64,000 nucleotides of DNA, taken from assembly GCA_918797485.1 (NCBI GenBank), contig CAKKNE010000002.1:4092001-4156000 (forward strand), written 5' to 3'. Origin of the DNA: Pelagomonas calceolata (Eukaryota). This document shows, in pieces, positions 1 through 9,786 of the stretch. A program made the position numbers and the translations under genes. The first letter of the stretch is position 1, and the number at the start of each line of letters is the position of its first letter. The notes under the pieces were generated by a model. It had not been told where the DNA came from, ran no database searches, and was given only the letters and a program-made list of their open reading frames with translations.

Positions 1-2394
1 GTCGAGTAACTCCGAAAACTGTTCGTGGTTCACACCCTCACCACCCTTCGAGTAGTGCTCGATGGTATCAGACAAGTCTTCACTGTCAGGCACAGTAAGC
101 TTCATGTCCACAAAGACCTGCTCCAGGCCATCGACATCCACTCGACCGCCCTCGTTGTACTTGATGAAGGCGTCCCGATGCCTCGTTGCCTTCTTCTTTG
201 ATGTTTCATTCGGTTCCGCAATTCGTATGATAGCCTCGCCCACACCCTCGTCCGGCTTGTCGAGTCGTGCGCGTTCCACAGCTCTTCTTCGGTCGAAATT
301 CTGAAAAATAGCCAACCAGGCACCCTTGGTCTTTTCGAACACTTCCGTCAAGTCATTGACCGTGGTTTCCATTCTAGCGAGCCATTCCGGACCGTGCTGT
401 ACACTTGAGTCGTACTGCGACACCGCGCATAACGTACCTTCACTATCAATAGTAGCGACGTATCTCTGGGCAAGGTCAAGGCAGTCGACTCTTTTTTCAA
501 CGAGGAAAGGCAGGGGGAAGCACTCCCTAAGAGGCCACGCAGTCTCTTGCTGGTAGATGCGCAGACCGTCCTCGAGGGCGTGCTTCACCGTTTCCGACTT
601 AAGGATCAATCGCAACACATCTTCAGCTTTATAATAAGATAATGCTTTGAATTGAGACTCCCTGAATAATTGTAATTGATCATTTTTCGCTTTCCGTTGT
701 TGGAGCGTGTCCCGACCACCGCGGTTCATTTCCTTCTGCTCCTTGAGCTTCTCCCGCGCTTCCTTGCGCTTCTGCCTTGCTAGTTTCTCCTTGGCCTTGT
801 CATCTGTGGTCTTCTCGAGGAAGCAAGTCGAGACAGGGGCGTCCCATTTGATGCCCTCGTCGTCTTCGCTTTCCGACGACGAGGGCTCCTCTAACCGCGC
901 TAACAACGCGTCGTCGAGCAGTCTCAACGCATCGCTCTGGGCGCTGTCGTCGAGCGTCGCGCACGGTAGTAAGCTACAGCACGCGTGGTGCTTCAAAGCT
1001 TCTCTGATCGCCTGGGCCTCCCGCTCCTTCTTCTGCGCCTTCTCCCTCTCTTCCAGCGCATCCAACATGTTACAGAACTCGTCGAAGTAGACCTCGTCGC
1101 GCTCCTCGTCCTTGACCTGTGTGGAATGGACTCCGTCGCGACACGGCCGCGGCTCCCGCGCGAGACGCGTGGACTCTCTCACGGCCACATCGACGGCGTT
1201 GAGCGTCGATGCCATCGACGCGCCCCCACCAGGATTCTGCGCCGCGCCACGGACCGCATATTCAAAAATCAGGTCGTTGATCTGCTCCTGCGGTAACACG
1301 CGCTTCATGTCCCGGAAGATGACATCCAGCTCGCCCGCGTCCACGGTACCTCCTCGATCGACATCGTATCTGTTGAAGATGATCTGGTGTTCTTTTTGTT
1401 TACGTAAACGCATCTCCTCGGTGACATACGGCTCGTCCTCAGACTTCTGTGGAGGAGGCTCCTTTCTATATCTAGGTTGTGATAGTTTCCTCCCTAGGTA
1501 CCGATGCGCGTTCTCCAGGGCGTCCCGCAGTTTACCGAGCTCATACAGCGCCTCGGACCGCTCATCTCGCAGTTTCCGTTTCGCCTCGTTGGCCTTCCTA
1601 TGCAATGTATCTTTCTGTAGCCGACGCTTAGCTTTCTCTTCCTCGTTCTGTAAGCGTCGTTTCATGTTCTCCATCGTGCCCAGATTTGGCTCCCTTTTCA
1701 ACATGAGTGGTGGTCGCTTCCAGGTTAAGGGGTGCGGATTTCTCTTCGACGTGAACGAGGCCTTCTTCTTCTTGCCTACTGGACTATGCGCTTTCTGCTC
1801 CTTCTCGACGTCTAGGTCGATGTAGTACTTGTTGTTTCCCTTGGCTCTTTGTTCAAATTTTGTTAACAGCCACCTCCTAATTTTCCTTCTACAAATAAAA
1901 CCTCGTCCTAAGGATTGGAGTCTCGGTAACAACTCTCGGGCACTCGCCATCTTCTTGGCCATGAATTCGTAGGTAGCAGGCATGTCTGTCAATATCTCAT
2001 CTACGAAAATATCGAGGTCTTTTGCATGAGTCCCCTGCCTTGCTGTCCTTCTCAAAGCTGCGGCGCATTCCGGCGTGAGCCAGATATAGGTCTGCGGGAC
2101 GGCTTGGAGTGACTCATTCTGTTCGACGTCGTCGCGCCACAGGTCGGCGCCGTACTGTAAGAGAGTATGCGCATATTCACACGCCTTTTCTCGTCTTTCC
2201 TTGACTACTTTTTGATTCTCCTCTCTAGCTTTGCGCTCGACCTCGTCCCTACACACAGCCCACTGGTGCTGGGCGCTCCTTAAGCACACGGTGGCTGGCA
2301 GCCACGGGGACAACTGGAGGTAGGCGTCGGACTTGGGCGGCGGGGGCTTCTTGGGCGCTGCGGCTGGCTTCTTCTTCTTCTCGCCGGCGGCCAT
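1..2394 (-). CDS. IQ-motif and EF-hand coiled-coil protein, runs off the left edge of the window (3'-partial)
   Basis: Manual translation from ATG at 2394 (MAAGEKKKKPAAAPKK...); no stop in the stretches checked, and the frame is still open at base 1, which explains its absence from the ORF track. IQ-like LQSLGRGFICRRKIRR; EF-hands IFNRYDVDRGGTVDAGELDVIF and EHYSKGGEGVNHEQFSELLD. Confidence 0.8.
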   Translation of the reverse strand, partial: MAAGEKKKKPAAAPKKPPPPKSDAYLQLSPWLPATVCLRSAQHQWAVCRDEVERKAREENQKVVKERREKACEYAHTLLQYGADLWRDDVEQNESLQAVPQTYIWLTPECAAALRRTARQGTHAKDLDIFVDEILTDMPATYEFMAKKMASARELLPRLQSLGRGFICRRKIRRWLLTKFEQRAKGNNKYYIDLDVEKEQKAHSPVGKKKKASFTSKRNPHPLTWKRPPLMLKREPNLGTMENMKRRLQNEEEKAKRRLQKDTLHRKANEAKRKLRDERSEALYELGKLRDALENAHRYLGRKLSQPRYRKEPPPQKSEDEPYVTEEMRLRKQKEHQIIFNRYDVDRGGTVDAGELDVIFRDMKRVLPQEQINDLIFEYAVRGAAQNPGGGASMASTLNAVDVAVRESTRLAREPRPCRDGVHSTQVKDEERDEVYFDEFCNMLDALEEREKAQKKEREAQAIREALKHHACCSLLPCATLDDSAQSDALRLLDDALLARLEEPSSSESEDDEGIKWDAPVSTCFLEKTTDDKAKEKLARQKRKEAREKLKEQKEMNRGGRDTLQQRKAKNDQLQLFRESQFKALSYYKAEDVLRLILKSETVKHALEDGLRIYQQETAWPLRECFPLPFLVEKRVDCLDLAQRYVATIDSEGTLCAVSQYDSSVQHGPEWLARMETTVNDLTEVFEKTKGAWLAIFQNFDRRRAVERARLDKPDEGVGEAIIRIAEPNETSKKKATRHRDAFIKYNEGGRVDVDGLEQVFVDMKLTVPDSEDLSDTIEHYSKGGEGVNHEQFSELLD

Positions 2395-2522
2395 GCCTAC
2401 GGCATGGGGGCTGCCCGCGCAGCGCTTGGCTGGTTGTCGGGGCGCGAGCCCGCACGCTATCGACCTGGGGCTTTGGATATCAAGGCTCCTAGTCTTGGTA
2501 CTTACGGACTATGTACTTCCTT

Positions 2523-4151
2523 CTACTGACGGGGGCGGCGCGGCGGGCGTGCTGCGGCGTCCTCGGCCTGCTCCCGCCGGTAGGCGGCCCGGATCTTCTC
2601 TAGCTCGAGGTCCGCGGCCAGCTTCTTGATGTCCCGGCGCATCTCCGCGATGTCGCGGCCGGTGAACCACGCCTCGAAGTCGTGGTCGCGGAAGTCCAGG
2701 GAGACGTCCCGCCCGTTGACGGCGAGCGGTGCGCCTCGACACACGGCTCGCGTGAGGAACTCCTGGGCGTAGCGTAGCGCGTAGAGACCGGAGTCGGCCG
2801 AGTTCATCTGCTGCGGGACCTTGGGCCTCGCCAGCAGCAGGTCCGCCGGGTTCATGATGGCGCTGCCCGCCCGCGGCCCCGCCCAGAGCGTGAACGGCTC
2901 CTCGCCCGCGTGCCGCTTGCGCCACTCCATCTCTAGGAAACAGCGCAGCCACTTCTCGATCTTTCTCGCGCTGTGCAGCGAGGAGCCGCGCGAGTCCATA
3001 TGGATAACGCAGGGCCGCGCCGGGCCATCCTCGTGGTCGGCCGAGTCTACGGTGGGGTAGATGTGGCCCGCGATGGCGCGCTTCGCCAGCTCGCCCGGGT
3101 GGCAGACGATCGCCAGGCTCCAGTGCAGGTCCTCGACGACGGGCACGAGGAGGAACTTCTTTGCGAAGACGTCGACGCCGCGCGTCCAGCGCTCCACGCG
3201 TTCGTTGCCCGCGCTAAGCATCGTGAAAAAATCCGAGGGGAATGCGTGCACGGCGGACGCCATGTTGCCGAAGTCCGGATCTTCGGCGAGCGGCGAGCGG
3301 CGGGCGTCGGCGACGATGACCTTGAGGTAGAAGTCCACGAGCTTTTCGTTGAGGTACCCGCCCGGCTCGAGGCGGCGCAGGTCGCCCCTCGTGACGACGA
3401 TGCTGTCGCTGGCCGCCACGCCGGGCGGGTACTGGAAGACCAGCGTCGGGTCCGTCTCCGCGGGCCCCGCGCGCGTCGCGCGCGTCCGCCGTGCCGCCGG
3501 CGGCGACACGACGGCCAGATCGCCCGGCCGCTGCGCCTCGAGCGCCTCCAAGCGCGCCTTCAACCGCTGCGTCGCCTCGTGTTCCGCCGTCAGCCGCCGC
3601 TTGGCGTCGCGGACCTCGCCCTCCAGGTTCCGAATCCGCGCGTTCTGCGCGTCGAGCACCGGACCCAGCACGACGAAGGGACACGCTTGCTCATGGGCTG
3701 CGACTTCAAGGCGGCTCCCGACGAACGCGCAGCGCGCGCACTTGGATGGCTTGCACGGGCAGTTCGCCTCGTGAGCCTCGAGGTCGCCGAGGGCGCTCCA
3801 TGCTTCACAGCCGCGCGCCGCGTATCTGCAGGGGACCGACTGCGCGTCGATGATCTGCTGGACCGCGATGTTCGGGACGAGGACCGCCGCGATGTTGCCC
3901 TCGCGGACGGTGAGGCGCGTCCCGGTGAGCGGGTCCGTTCGATTCTCCGAGAGCCACGCCGTGATGCAGCCTTTGCAGTACGTGTTCCCGAGGGGCTTCA
4001 CGAAGACCGGCTCGTCGAACGGCCCGAGGCACATCGAGCAGCACAGATGCTGGCGCTTCCGGCGGCCCTCCTCGCCCTGGGCCTCAAAGGCTGCCTCCAG
4101 CCGCTGGCGCTTCGACGGGGGTGCTTCCGCTGCGTCGGCGGCGTCGGCCAT
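2523..4151 (-). CDS. RING/U-box + TRAF/Sina-type zinc fingers + coiled coil + Ulp1/C48 SUMO-protease-like domain (catalytic Cys replaced by Ser)
   Basis: 542 aa ORF. CSMC...YCKGCI...DPLTG; CRYAARGC...HEANC...CARC...HEQAC; C48 motifs GYLNEKLVDFYL, VERWTRGVDVFAKKFLLVPV, HWSL, MDS, PQQMNSADSG. Confidence 0.85.
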   Translation of the reverse strand: MADAADAAEAPPSKRQRLEAAFEAQGEEGRRKRQHLCCSMCLGPFDEPVFVKPLGNTYCKGCITAWLSENRTDPLTGTRLTVREGNIAAVLVPNIAVQQIIDAQSVPCRYAARGCEAWSALGDLEAHEANCPCKPSKCARCAFVGSRLEVAAHEQACPFVVLGPVLDAQNARIRNLEGEVRDAKRRLTAEHEATQRLKARLEALEAQRPGDLAVVSPPAARRTRATRAGPAETDPTLVFQYPPGVAASDSIVVTRGDLRRLEPGGYLNEKLVDFYLKVIVADARRSPLAEDPDFGNMASAVHAFPSDFFTMLSAGNERVERWTRGVDVFAKKFLLVPVVEDLHWSLAIVCHPGELAKRAIAGHIYPTVDSADHEDGPARPCVIHMDSRGSSLHSARKIEKWLRCFLEMEWRKRHAGEEPFTLWAGPRAGSAIMNPADLLLARPKVPQQMNSADSGLYALRYAQEFLTRAVCRGAPLAVNGRDVSLDFRDHDFEAWFTGRDIAEMRRDIKKLAADLELEKIRAAYRREQAEDAAARPPRRPRQ

Positions 4152-4366
4152 CTCTGAGGCTGATCTCTATGCTGAGAGCCTTTTCAACAATTCAACAAAG
4201 CTCGTCTCCCCTTGCGCGCCGATGCTCCCACGCTTCCAGCGCGCTGCCACGGAACAGATGCGGTACCAGAGACAACCTTTTTGTCCTGTTTTGCCGGTGA
4301 ATTACAAAGCGTTCCAAAGCCCGAGCTTAGCGTCCGGTAAGACACTAGGAGCTTGGTCCTAGTCCA

Positions 4367-4468
4367 CAGCCGGACGGGTGGGCCCGGGGGGAGCGGGAGG
4401 GGTACGGGGAACCCCGCGACGTAAATAGCCTGAGCCTGAGCCGATGACTAGCCTGAGCCTGAGCCTGA
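4367..4468. repeat. Dispersed G-rich element, copy 1 (about 76 bp core plus GCCTGA hexamers)
   Basis: CAGCCGGACGGGTGGGCCCGGGGGGAGCGGGAGGGGT...GCGACGTAA.TAGCCTGAGCCTGAGCC is shared with 17445-17520, with 4 mismatches. Confidence 0.9.
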
Positions 4469-4605
4469 ATCGGCGACGCGCGGTGTCTCCCCCAAACCCA
4501 CTAGTCCTAGCACCGTAACAATAGGACGCTCATCTTAGCTTAGATCCTTGGCTTGGTAGAGACCCAACCGGCGCCGACGACGAAAGCAATACAACAACAC
4601 TAGAA

Positions 4606-5754
4606 TTAGCACCCGCTCCCCCGCGCGTCCACGGCGAGCACGTCGACGACGACGCCGCCGCGGTGCAAGATCCAATGATCATGTAAATTCACGCAGGGGT
4701 CGCAGTGCGACGGGTACAGGCGCAGCTTCGCGCCCACTGCTAAATCGTCGCCCGCCTCGAGATCCAAAATGCCGTGCTCGTCGCCGCCGCTTCGGTACGG
4801 CCTGTTACCCTCCACATCTGGCGGCCCGGCGACGAGGTCAACGGCCTTCGACCCTGCGTCGACGACGCATCGATTCGGTGCTGGCCGCGAGAGGACCGTC
4901 GTCAACACTTCGAGAGCTCTCTCAAAAACAATTTCGTGCTCTATTGAACCATACTGGAGGTCCATGACACAAAACGAGCCAGGTTGGACCTCGTCGAACA
5001 CACCGCTGTCCCTATCTGCGGCTAAGGTACCGGTGCCGCCGCCCGTGATTACGAATTCGGCCAGCCCCGCAGCACTCAGAGCATTTCGGACCTCGCGGAC
5101 GGCGTCGGCCACATCAGCGACCGCCTCCCGTCGTTCTGCCTTCGAAGGCACGTGCTGCAATAGCCCGTGGTAGCAGTGGCAGCCCGCGAACCTCAGATTC
5201 TTTAACCGTGAGATTTGTAATGCTAAAGGCGCCGCTTCGGATGGTGAAACGCCGCAGCGGCGCTGGCCCACGTCGACCTCGACGTACGCATCTACTATCA
5301 CATCGTCGTCCAGCGCGAGATTTAAATCGGTCGCCTGGGCCCAGAAGTCGTCGATCAGCACGCCAACTCGACCACTGCTTTTTTTTGCGGCCGCCGCGAC
5401 GCGTTCGATTTTATCCGCACCGACGACCTCATTCGTGAGCAAGACGTCACCGACGCCCGCGTCCACAGCAGCCTCGAGCTCACTTACGGTCTGGGCGCAG
5501 ACGCCCGCCGCGTGCACGTCCAGCAGCTCGAGCTGCCTTTTCGCGAGCGCTCCCGACTTATGAGCCTTCATGTGGGGTCGCGCGCGCACGCCGGTGAGGG
5601 CGACTGCTGATTTTAACGTCTCGCAGTTGCGCTCGAAGGCGTCGGCGTCGAGCAATAAAGCCGGCGTCGCGACGTCGTGCAGTTTCTGTCCGATTACCGC
5701 GGGCGGCTTCGCGAGGGCGCGCGCGCCGGTTACGAGGAGCGCTATGAGGCGCAT
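4606..5754 (-). CDS. PLP-dependent D-threonine aldolase / DSD1 / 3-hydroxy-D-aspartate aldolase family enzyme with N-terminal targeting peptide
   Basis: TPALLLD, RPHMKAHKS (PLP Lys), EVDVGQRRCGV, YHG, TGGGTGT, EVQPGSF, DEHG, PSHCDPCVNLHD. Start placed at MRLIALL (5754). Confidence 0.85.
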   Translation of the reverse strand: MRLIALLVTGARALAKPPAVIGQKLHDVATPALLLDADAFERNCETLKSAVALTGVRARPHMKAHKSGALAKRQLELLDVHAAGVCAQTVSELEAAVDAGVGDVLLTNEVVGADKIERVAAAAKKSSGRVGVLIDDFWAQATDLNLALDDDVIVDAYVEVDVGQRRCGVSPSEAAPLALQISRLKNLRFAGCHCYHGLLQHVPSKAERREAVADVADAVREVRNALSAAGLAEFVITGGGTGTLAADRDSGVFDEVQPGSFCVMDLQYGSIEHEIVFERALEVLTTVLSRPAPNRCVVDAGSKAVDLVAGPPDVEGNRPYRSGGDEHGILDLEAGDDLAVGAKLRLYPSHCDPCVNLHDHWILHRGGVVVDVLAVDARGSGC

Positions 5755-5973
5755 CGCTTGTATGCTCTCTGGCAGCCTCCGGTAGCCGCTGCAGGCCGCG
5801 CACAACTATGCTCTCAGAAGGGAGATGGCTCTCCGGGCTTTTCTAGCCGTTTTGGCTGATCGGAGTTGACGTGCTTGGCTCGGTGGTGTCGGAATGTGTC
5901 CGAACCGTAGCTGCACGGCTCCAGATGCACAGCTGCGGCGAGATAGAGCTAGCTCCGCCGGAGGGCCTGCTTG

Positions 5974-5993
5974 CTAGTGTCTTAAGCCGCTAG
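5974..5993 (+). promoter_or_regulatory. Recurrent upstream motif CTAGTGTCTTA(C)A.CCGCTAG
   Basis: CTAGTGTCTTAAGCCGCTAG about 200 bp before the RPL34 ATG; one of about 12 copies in the window. Confidence 0.6.
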
Positions 5994-6188
5994 CTTCGGA
6001 CGCTTGAAAGCAGTCCAGCGAGGCCAGCGAGGGGTGTGGCGGCCGACGTAGCCATCTGGAGAGGCGTTCGCGGTGTAAAAATAGTCGCCATCGCCGGCAA
6101 GGCCAAGCCCATCGCCGTGCTAATTTGCCGCTAGCGCAGCGACAATTAGCCAGCCGCAGCCAGCGAAAGCACCTCATCCAAAGCAGCG

Positions 6189-6533
6189 ATGAAGGACGTC
6201 CGGGTCACTTTCTCGCGGCGCCACGCCTACGCGACGAAGAGCAATGTGCTCAAGGTCGTCAAGACGCCGGGCGGCCGCCTCGTCGGCGCCTACCGGAGCA
6301 AGAAGCGCCAGGGCCCGAAGTGCGGCGACTGCGGCACGCCGCTGCCGGGCATCAAGCACCTCTCGTCGTTCGCCTACAAAAACACGCACAAGCGCGAGCG
6401 CACCGTCTCGCGCGCGTACGGCGGCAGCCGCTGCGCCAAGTGCGTGCGGCAACGCGTCGTCCGGGCGTTTCTCATCGAGGAGCAGAAGATCGTCAAGCAG
6501 ATGATGATCGAGAAGCAGAAGAAGACGAAGTAA
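6189..6533 (+). CDS. RPL34: 60S ribosomal protein L34 (eL34)
   Basis: RVTFSRRHAYATKSN, VKTPGGRL, PKCGDCG, VSRAYGGSRCAKCVR, RAFLIEEQKIVK. Confidence 0.97.
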   Translation: MKDVRVTFSRRHAYATKSNVLKVVKTPGGRLVGAYRSKKRQGPKCGDCGTPLPGIKHLSSFAYKNTHKRERTVSRAYGGSRCAKCVRQRVVRAFLIEEQKIVKQMMIEKQKKTK

Positions 6534-6846
6534 GCGGCCGCCGAAAGGCGGGCGCATCTCGTTAAATTTGTGTCTCTCTCTACTCGCAGTGTCTCCTCTC
6601 CCCCCTCCTCTCCTCGACGGCGTCGCGGGGAAGCGTCGCGGCGCAGTCGTCGAAGGAACTCCCCGGGGGAGCGCGGCGGAACGTCGGGCCGGCGCACGTG
6701 CCGGCGCGACTCCATCATCTGGACCTGCGCTCCCAGCGGGCAGCCCAGGACCCGCTCTCGCTGTAGTGCGACTACTGGGGCCGGGAGACATACGCGCCAC
6801 CTAGACGCCGTCGACGCGACTACCAAAGACTAGTAGAGTCGAACCC

Positions 6847-8526
6847 TTACGCCTTCTCAAGAAACTCCTTCACGACCTTGGCGTGGTCGTAGCCAAACGT
6901 GACGCAGTCGGGGAAGGCCACGCCCGTGCGGTAGTTGCCCATCACATATAAGCCCGGCGTCTCGGCTTCGGCCTTCTCGAGCTGCTCGATGAGCGGCAGG
7001 TGCCCGAGCTCGTATTGCGGGATCGCCGTCGGCCAGAGCTTCACTCCCAAAATCTTGGGAGGCGGCGCGTCCGCATTCAGCAGCACCTGCCTGCACCCCT
7101 TGTCGACCTCGGCGACAATTTCTTCCTCCGACAGATCAGCAATCCCGACGTCTCGAGACCCGCCGATGTAGTTCAGCAGCACGTTGTAGTCCGCCGGGCA
7201 CCGTCCGGGAAATAGTGAAGAGGACCACAAGGTACCTAGCGTTCTGACACCCTCGGTCCGCGGATTCAACGACCCGAACCCAGGTAGATCTCGTAAGTTG
7301 CCAAACCCATTATCCAGCTCGATATCTCTGAACGCCGACTTGGGGTAGGCGACCGTGCAGGCGCAGACGGGCGGGTAGTACACGCCTTTCCTCTTGATAG
7401 TGTCGCGTACCTCCTCGACGAGCGGCAAAGCCGCGGGCAGGACGTTCTTCAGCACGTCGCCACCCAACTTATGGGCTGGTAAAGTAGACACTAAGGAGCG
7501 ACAGTCCACTATTCGTACACCGTCCGGTGTAGAAAAGGTAGCCTTGTAGCCCTTCGCCGATTTTTCAACAGACGTCAGTTCCCATTGTAGTTTCGCTTGA
7601 TCACCTAATTCGACAGCGATGGCGTTCGGTAGAGTGGATAAGCCCTTCCGGAAGCTCCCCGGATTGCCATATTCGAATTCCGGCCACCGCGGGTCCGGCG
7701 GCGCGGCTTTTCTTTCCTTGGTTAATTCGACCTGGCGCGCCAAACCGCCCCAGAACAAGCCGCCGAACTTGTTCCACTCGATATTGTATGAGTATCTTTC
7801 AATACGATTGATTTTTGGTAATGCCGCAGACATAGATAACGTCTCGGGATCTCCCGCGTACACGCCGCTCACGAACGGATCAATACATCTCAAAAACACC
7901 TCTTCACCCAATGTACGCGTGACCCACTCCCGGATCGTTTCCTCTTTATCGTCGGGTGGCGGCGGGTGGCCCAAAAAAGCACCTATGGCCGCCCTTATTT
8001 TCCCGGGCCACGTCAACAAATCACCAACTAATCCAAATTTCAAAACACCGTTCGGCCCAAACACCAATTCGAGCTGGCCCTTGGGGCCCTTGCCGCCCTG
8101 GCCCTTTGGCAGAGGGTGGAGCTTCCCGTTATGGTTGACCCACGGCGGTAGCGACTCATCCGCAAAAACCAACTCGTCACTAATACCGAGTTCGTAGGCG
8201 ATCCTTACGATCGACGGCTGCGTCGCGAAGGAATTAGGCCCTTCCTCCCACGTGAAGCCGTCTTCGGTGGTATGTGATTTCACGTTTCCGCCCAGGTAGT
8301 CCCGCTGTTCCGCCAGTAAACAGTCTACATTGTTCACTTTGAGGTTGTGGGCTAACGTACAGCCCGAGATGCCGCCGCCCACCACCAGACAGTCCGTCTC
8401 GATCGTCTGCGGCGGTTCGACGGGCGCGGCGTGCAGCGCCCTACTCTGGCGTACACGTAGAGGTGCCTGGAGCGCTGTCGCCAAAGCGAGGACGCATGCG
8501 GCTGCGAGCTGCCGCCGCGCGGGCAT
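6847..8526 (-). CDS. hemY: Protoporphyrinogen oxidase (HemY-type), plastid-targeted
   Basis: VVGGGISG, WEEGPNSF, FVSGVYAGDP, TLGTLWSSSLFPGRCP, LLNYIGG, AIPQY; N-terminal signal plus transit-like peptide. Confidence 0.95.
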   Translation of the reverse strand: MPARRQLAAACVLALATALQAPLRVRQSRALHAAPVEPPQTIETDCLVVGGGISGCTLAHNLKVNNVDCLLAEQRDYLGGNVKSHTTEDGFTWEEGPNSFATQPSIVRIAYELGISDELVFADESLPPWVNHNGKLHPLPKGQGGKGPKGQLELVFGPNGVLKFGLVGDLLTWPGKIRAAIGAFLGHPPPPDDKEETIREWVTRTLGEEVFLRCIDPFVSGVYAGDPETLSMSAALPKINRIERYSYNIEWNKFGGLFWGGLARQVELTKERKAAPPDPRWPEFEYGNPGSFRKGLSTLPNAIAVELGDQAKLQWELTSVEKSAKGYKATFSTPDGVRIVDCRSLVSTLPAHKLGGDVLKNVLPAALPLVEEVRDTIKRKGVYYPPVCACTVAYPKSAFRDIELDNGFGNLRDLPGFGSLNPRTEGVRTLGTLWSSSLFPGRCPADYNVLLNYIGGSRDVGIADLSEEEIVAEVDKGCRQVLLNADAPPPKILGVKLWPTAIPQYELGHLPLIEQLEKAEAETPGLYVMGNYRTGVAFPDCVTFGYDHAKVVKEFLEKA

Positions 8527-8985
8527 GGCTATAGCTGCTCAGCTTTGCTTGTAGTTGCTCAGGTACGTCACCGCTCGCGTTTCAGCCGATGGTGCGTCGC
8601 GGATGCAGTATGCGCACACGACTGACCACAAAAATGCAATCTCTGATGCAGCAGCGGTACAGCACACGCAATAGATCCAATGCCTCCACTGCTACATTAG
8701 CATACCCGCACGCAACGTCACTGCCAGCACGGATGTTACGGAGCGGTCGGAAAGGTCCGTTGGAACCGCAACGGGTCGCTCTCGCCTTTGAATCCGCGGG
8801 GCGAGACGGCCTGCTTGCGGCATGCCAGTGAGTCTGGCTGCTGCGCTATACTGGTGTGTACGAGCGTCTATTAATCGTCGCGCGCGCTCATACGAGCCAT
8901 TTTCACACGTGCACCAACTTGCAGACAGTCGCTGCGGTGCTGCACAAGCTGCACACACTTAGCCACACTCACTGCACCTGAAAGC

Positions 8986-9657
8986 ATGCGCCTATACGTC
9001 CTCGCAGCGGTACTGCTGCTGCAACACACGCATGCGCTCACCTTCCCCAAGTTCGAAGTGCAGAAGAAGGCGCCGCCGCCCGCGCCTGCGCCCGCGCCGT
9101 TCTCGCTCTTCGGCCCAACGATCCGCAAGGCCCAGATCGCGGACCTCGAGCCCCTCGCCGAGACACGGTTACAAGCAAGCCCGTTCGCGGCGGGCTACGC
9201 CATCGCGTCGCGAAAGGAAGCCGGCGAGAAGCTCAGCGACTTATTTTGCAGAGGTATTGAAAAGGGCGACACGGTCTGCTACCTAGCCGTGGAGAACGAT
9301 GATATCATCGGGAGCTGCGACGTCACGGTGCGCAAGCGCTTGGGGAGAGGGCTGCCGAAGCATGCCTACCTCAAGAACCTATTCGTGGATGAAGCGTATA
9401 GAAGGCGAGGTATTGGTGGGAAGTTAGTAGCAGCGTGCGCGGAGGAAGCAAGGCGCTGGGACGTGTGTACGCTGGCTCTCGAGGTCGAGAACGACAATGA
9501 CCAAGCAGCTAGACTGTACGAGCGCCTCGGCTTCGAAGAAAAGGCGTCGCTGGCGTCCTTCGAGAGCCTGTGGCGCTTCGAGACGTTCTTTTATGGAAGG
9601 TCGATCCTCTGGAAGGCCAACGACGGCGTCCGTTCTTCGCGGGGGGCGTGGTTCTAG
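8986..9657 (+). CDS. GNAT family N-acetyltransferase, probably plastid-targeted
   Basis: YLKNLFVDEAYRRRGIGGKLV, LEVENDNDQAARLYERLGF; signal peptide followed by ALT-F. Confidence 0.9.
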   Translation: MRLYVLAAVLLLQHTHALTFPKFEVQKKAPPPAPAPAPFSLFGPTIRKAQIADLEPLAETRLQASPFAAGYAIASRKEAGEKLSDLFCRGIEKGDTVCYLAVENDDIIGSCDVTVRKRLGRGLPKHAYLKNLFVDEAYRRRGIGGKLVAACAEEARRWDVCTLALEVENDNDQAARLYERLGFEEKASLASFESLWRFETFFYGRSILWKANDGVRSSRGAWF

Positions 9658-9662
9658 GCCCT

Positions 9663-9758
9663 CGGTCGCGGCGACGGCGTGCCCGTGACGCCGTCGACGC
9701 GAAGACTAGTGAGGCGCCGTCGACGCTAGGGGCCGGTCGCGGCGACGGCGTGCCCGTG
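9663..9758. repeat. Direct repeat, 25 bp x2, in a convergent intergenic region
   Basis: CGGTCGCGGCGACGGCGTGCCCGTG at 9663-9687 and 9734-9758; GAAGACTAGTG also occurs twice. Confidence 0.85.
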
Positions 9759-9786
9759 GAAGACTAGTGTGTAACTGTTGTTAAGT

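Noticed and set aside
62..1825. Plus-strand ORFs rich in Ser/Phe
   Set aside because: Antisense shadows of the minus-strand EF-hand gene that runs off the window.
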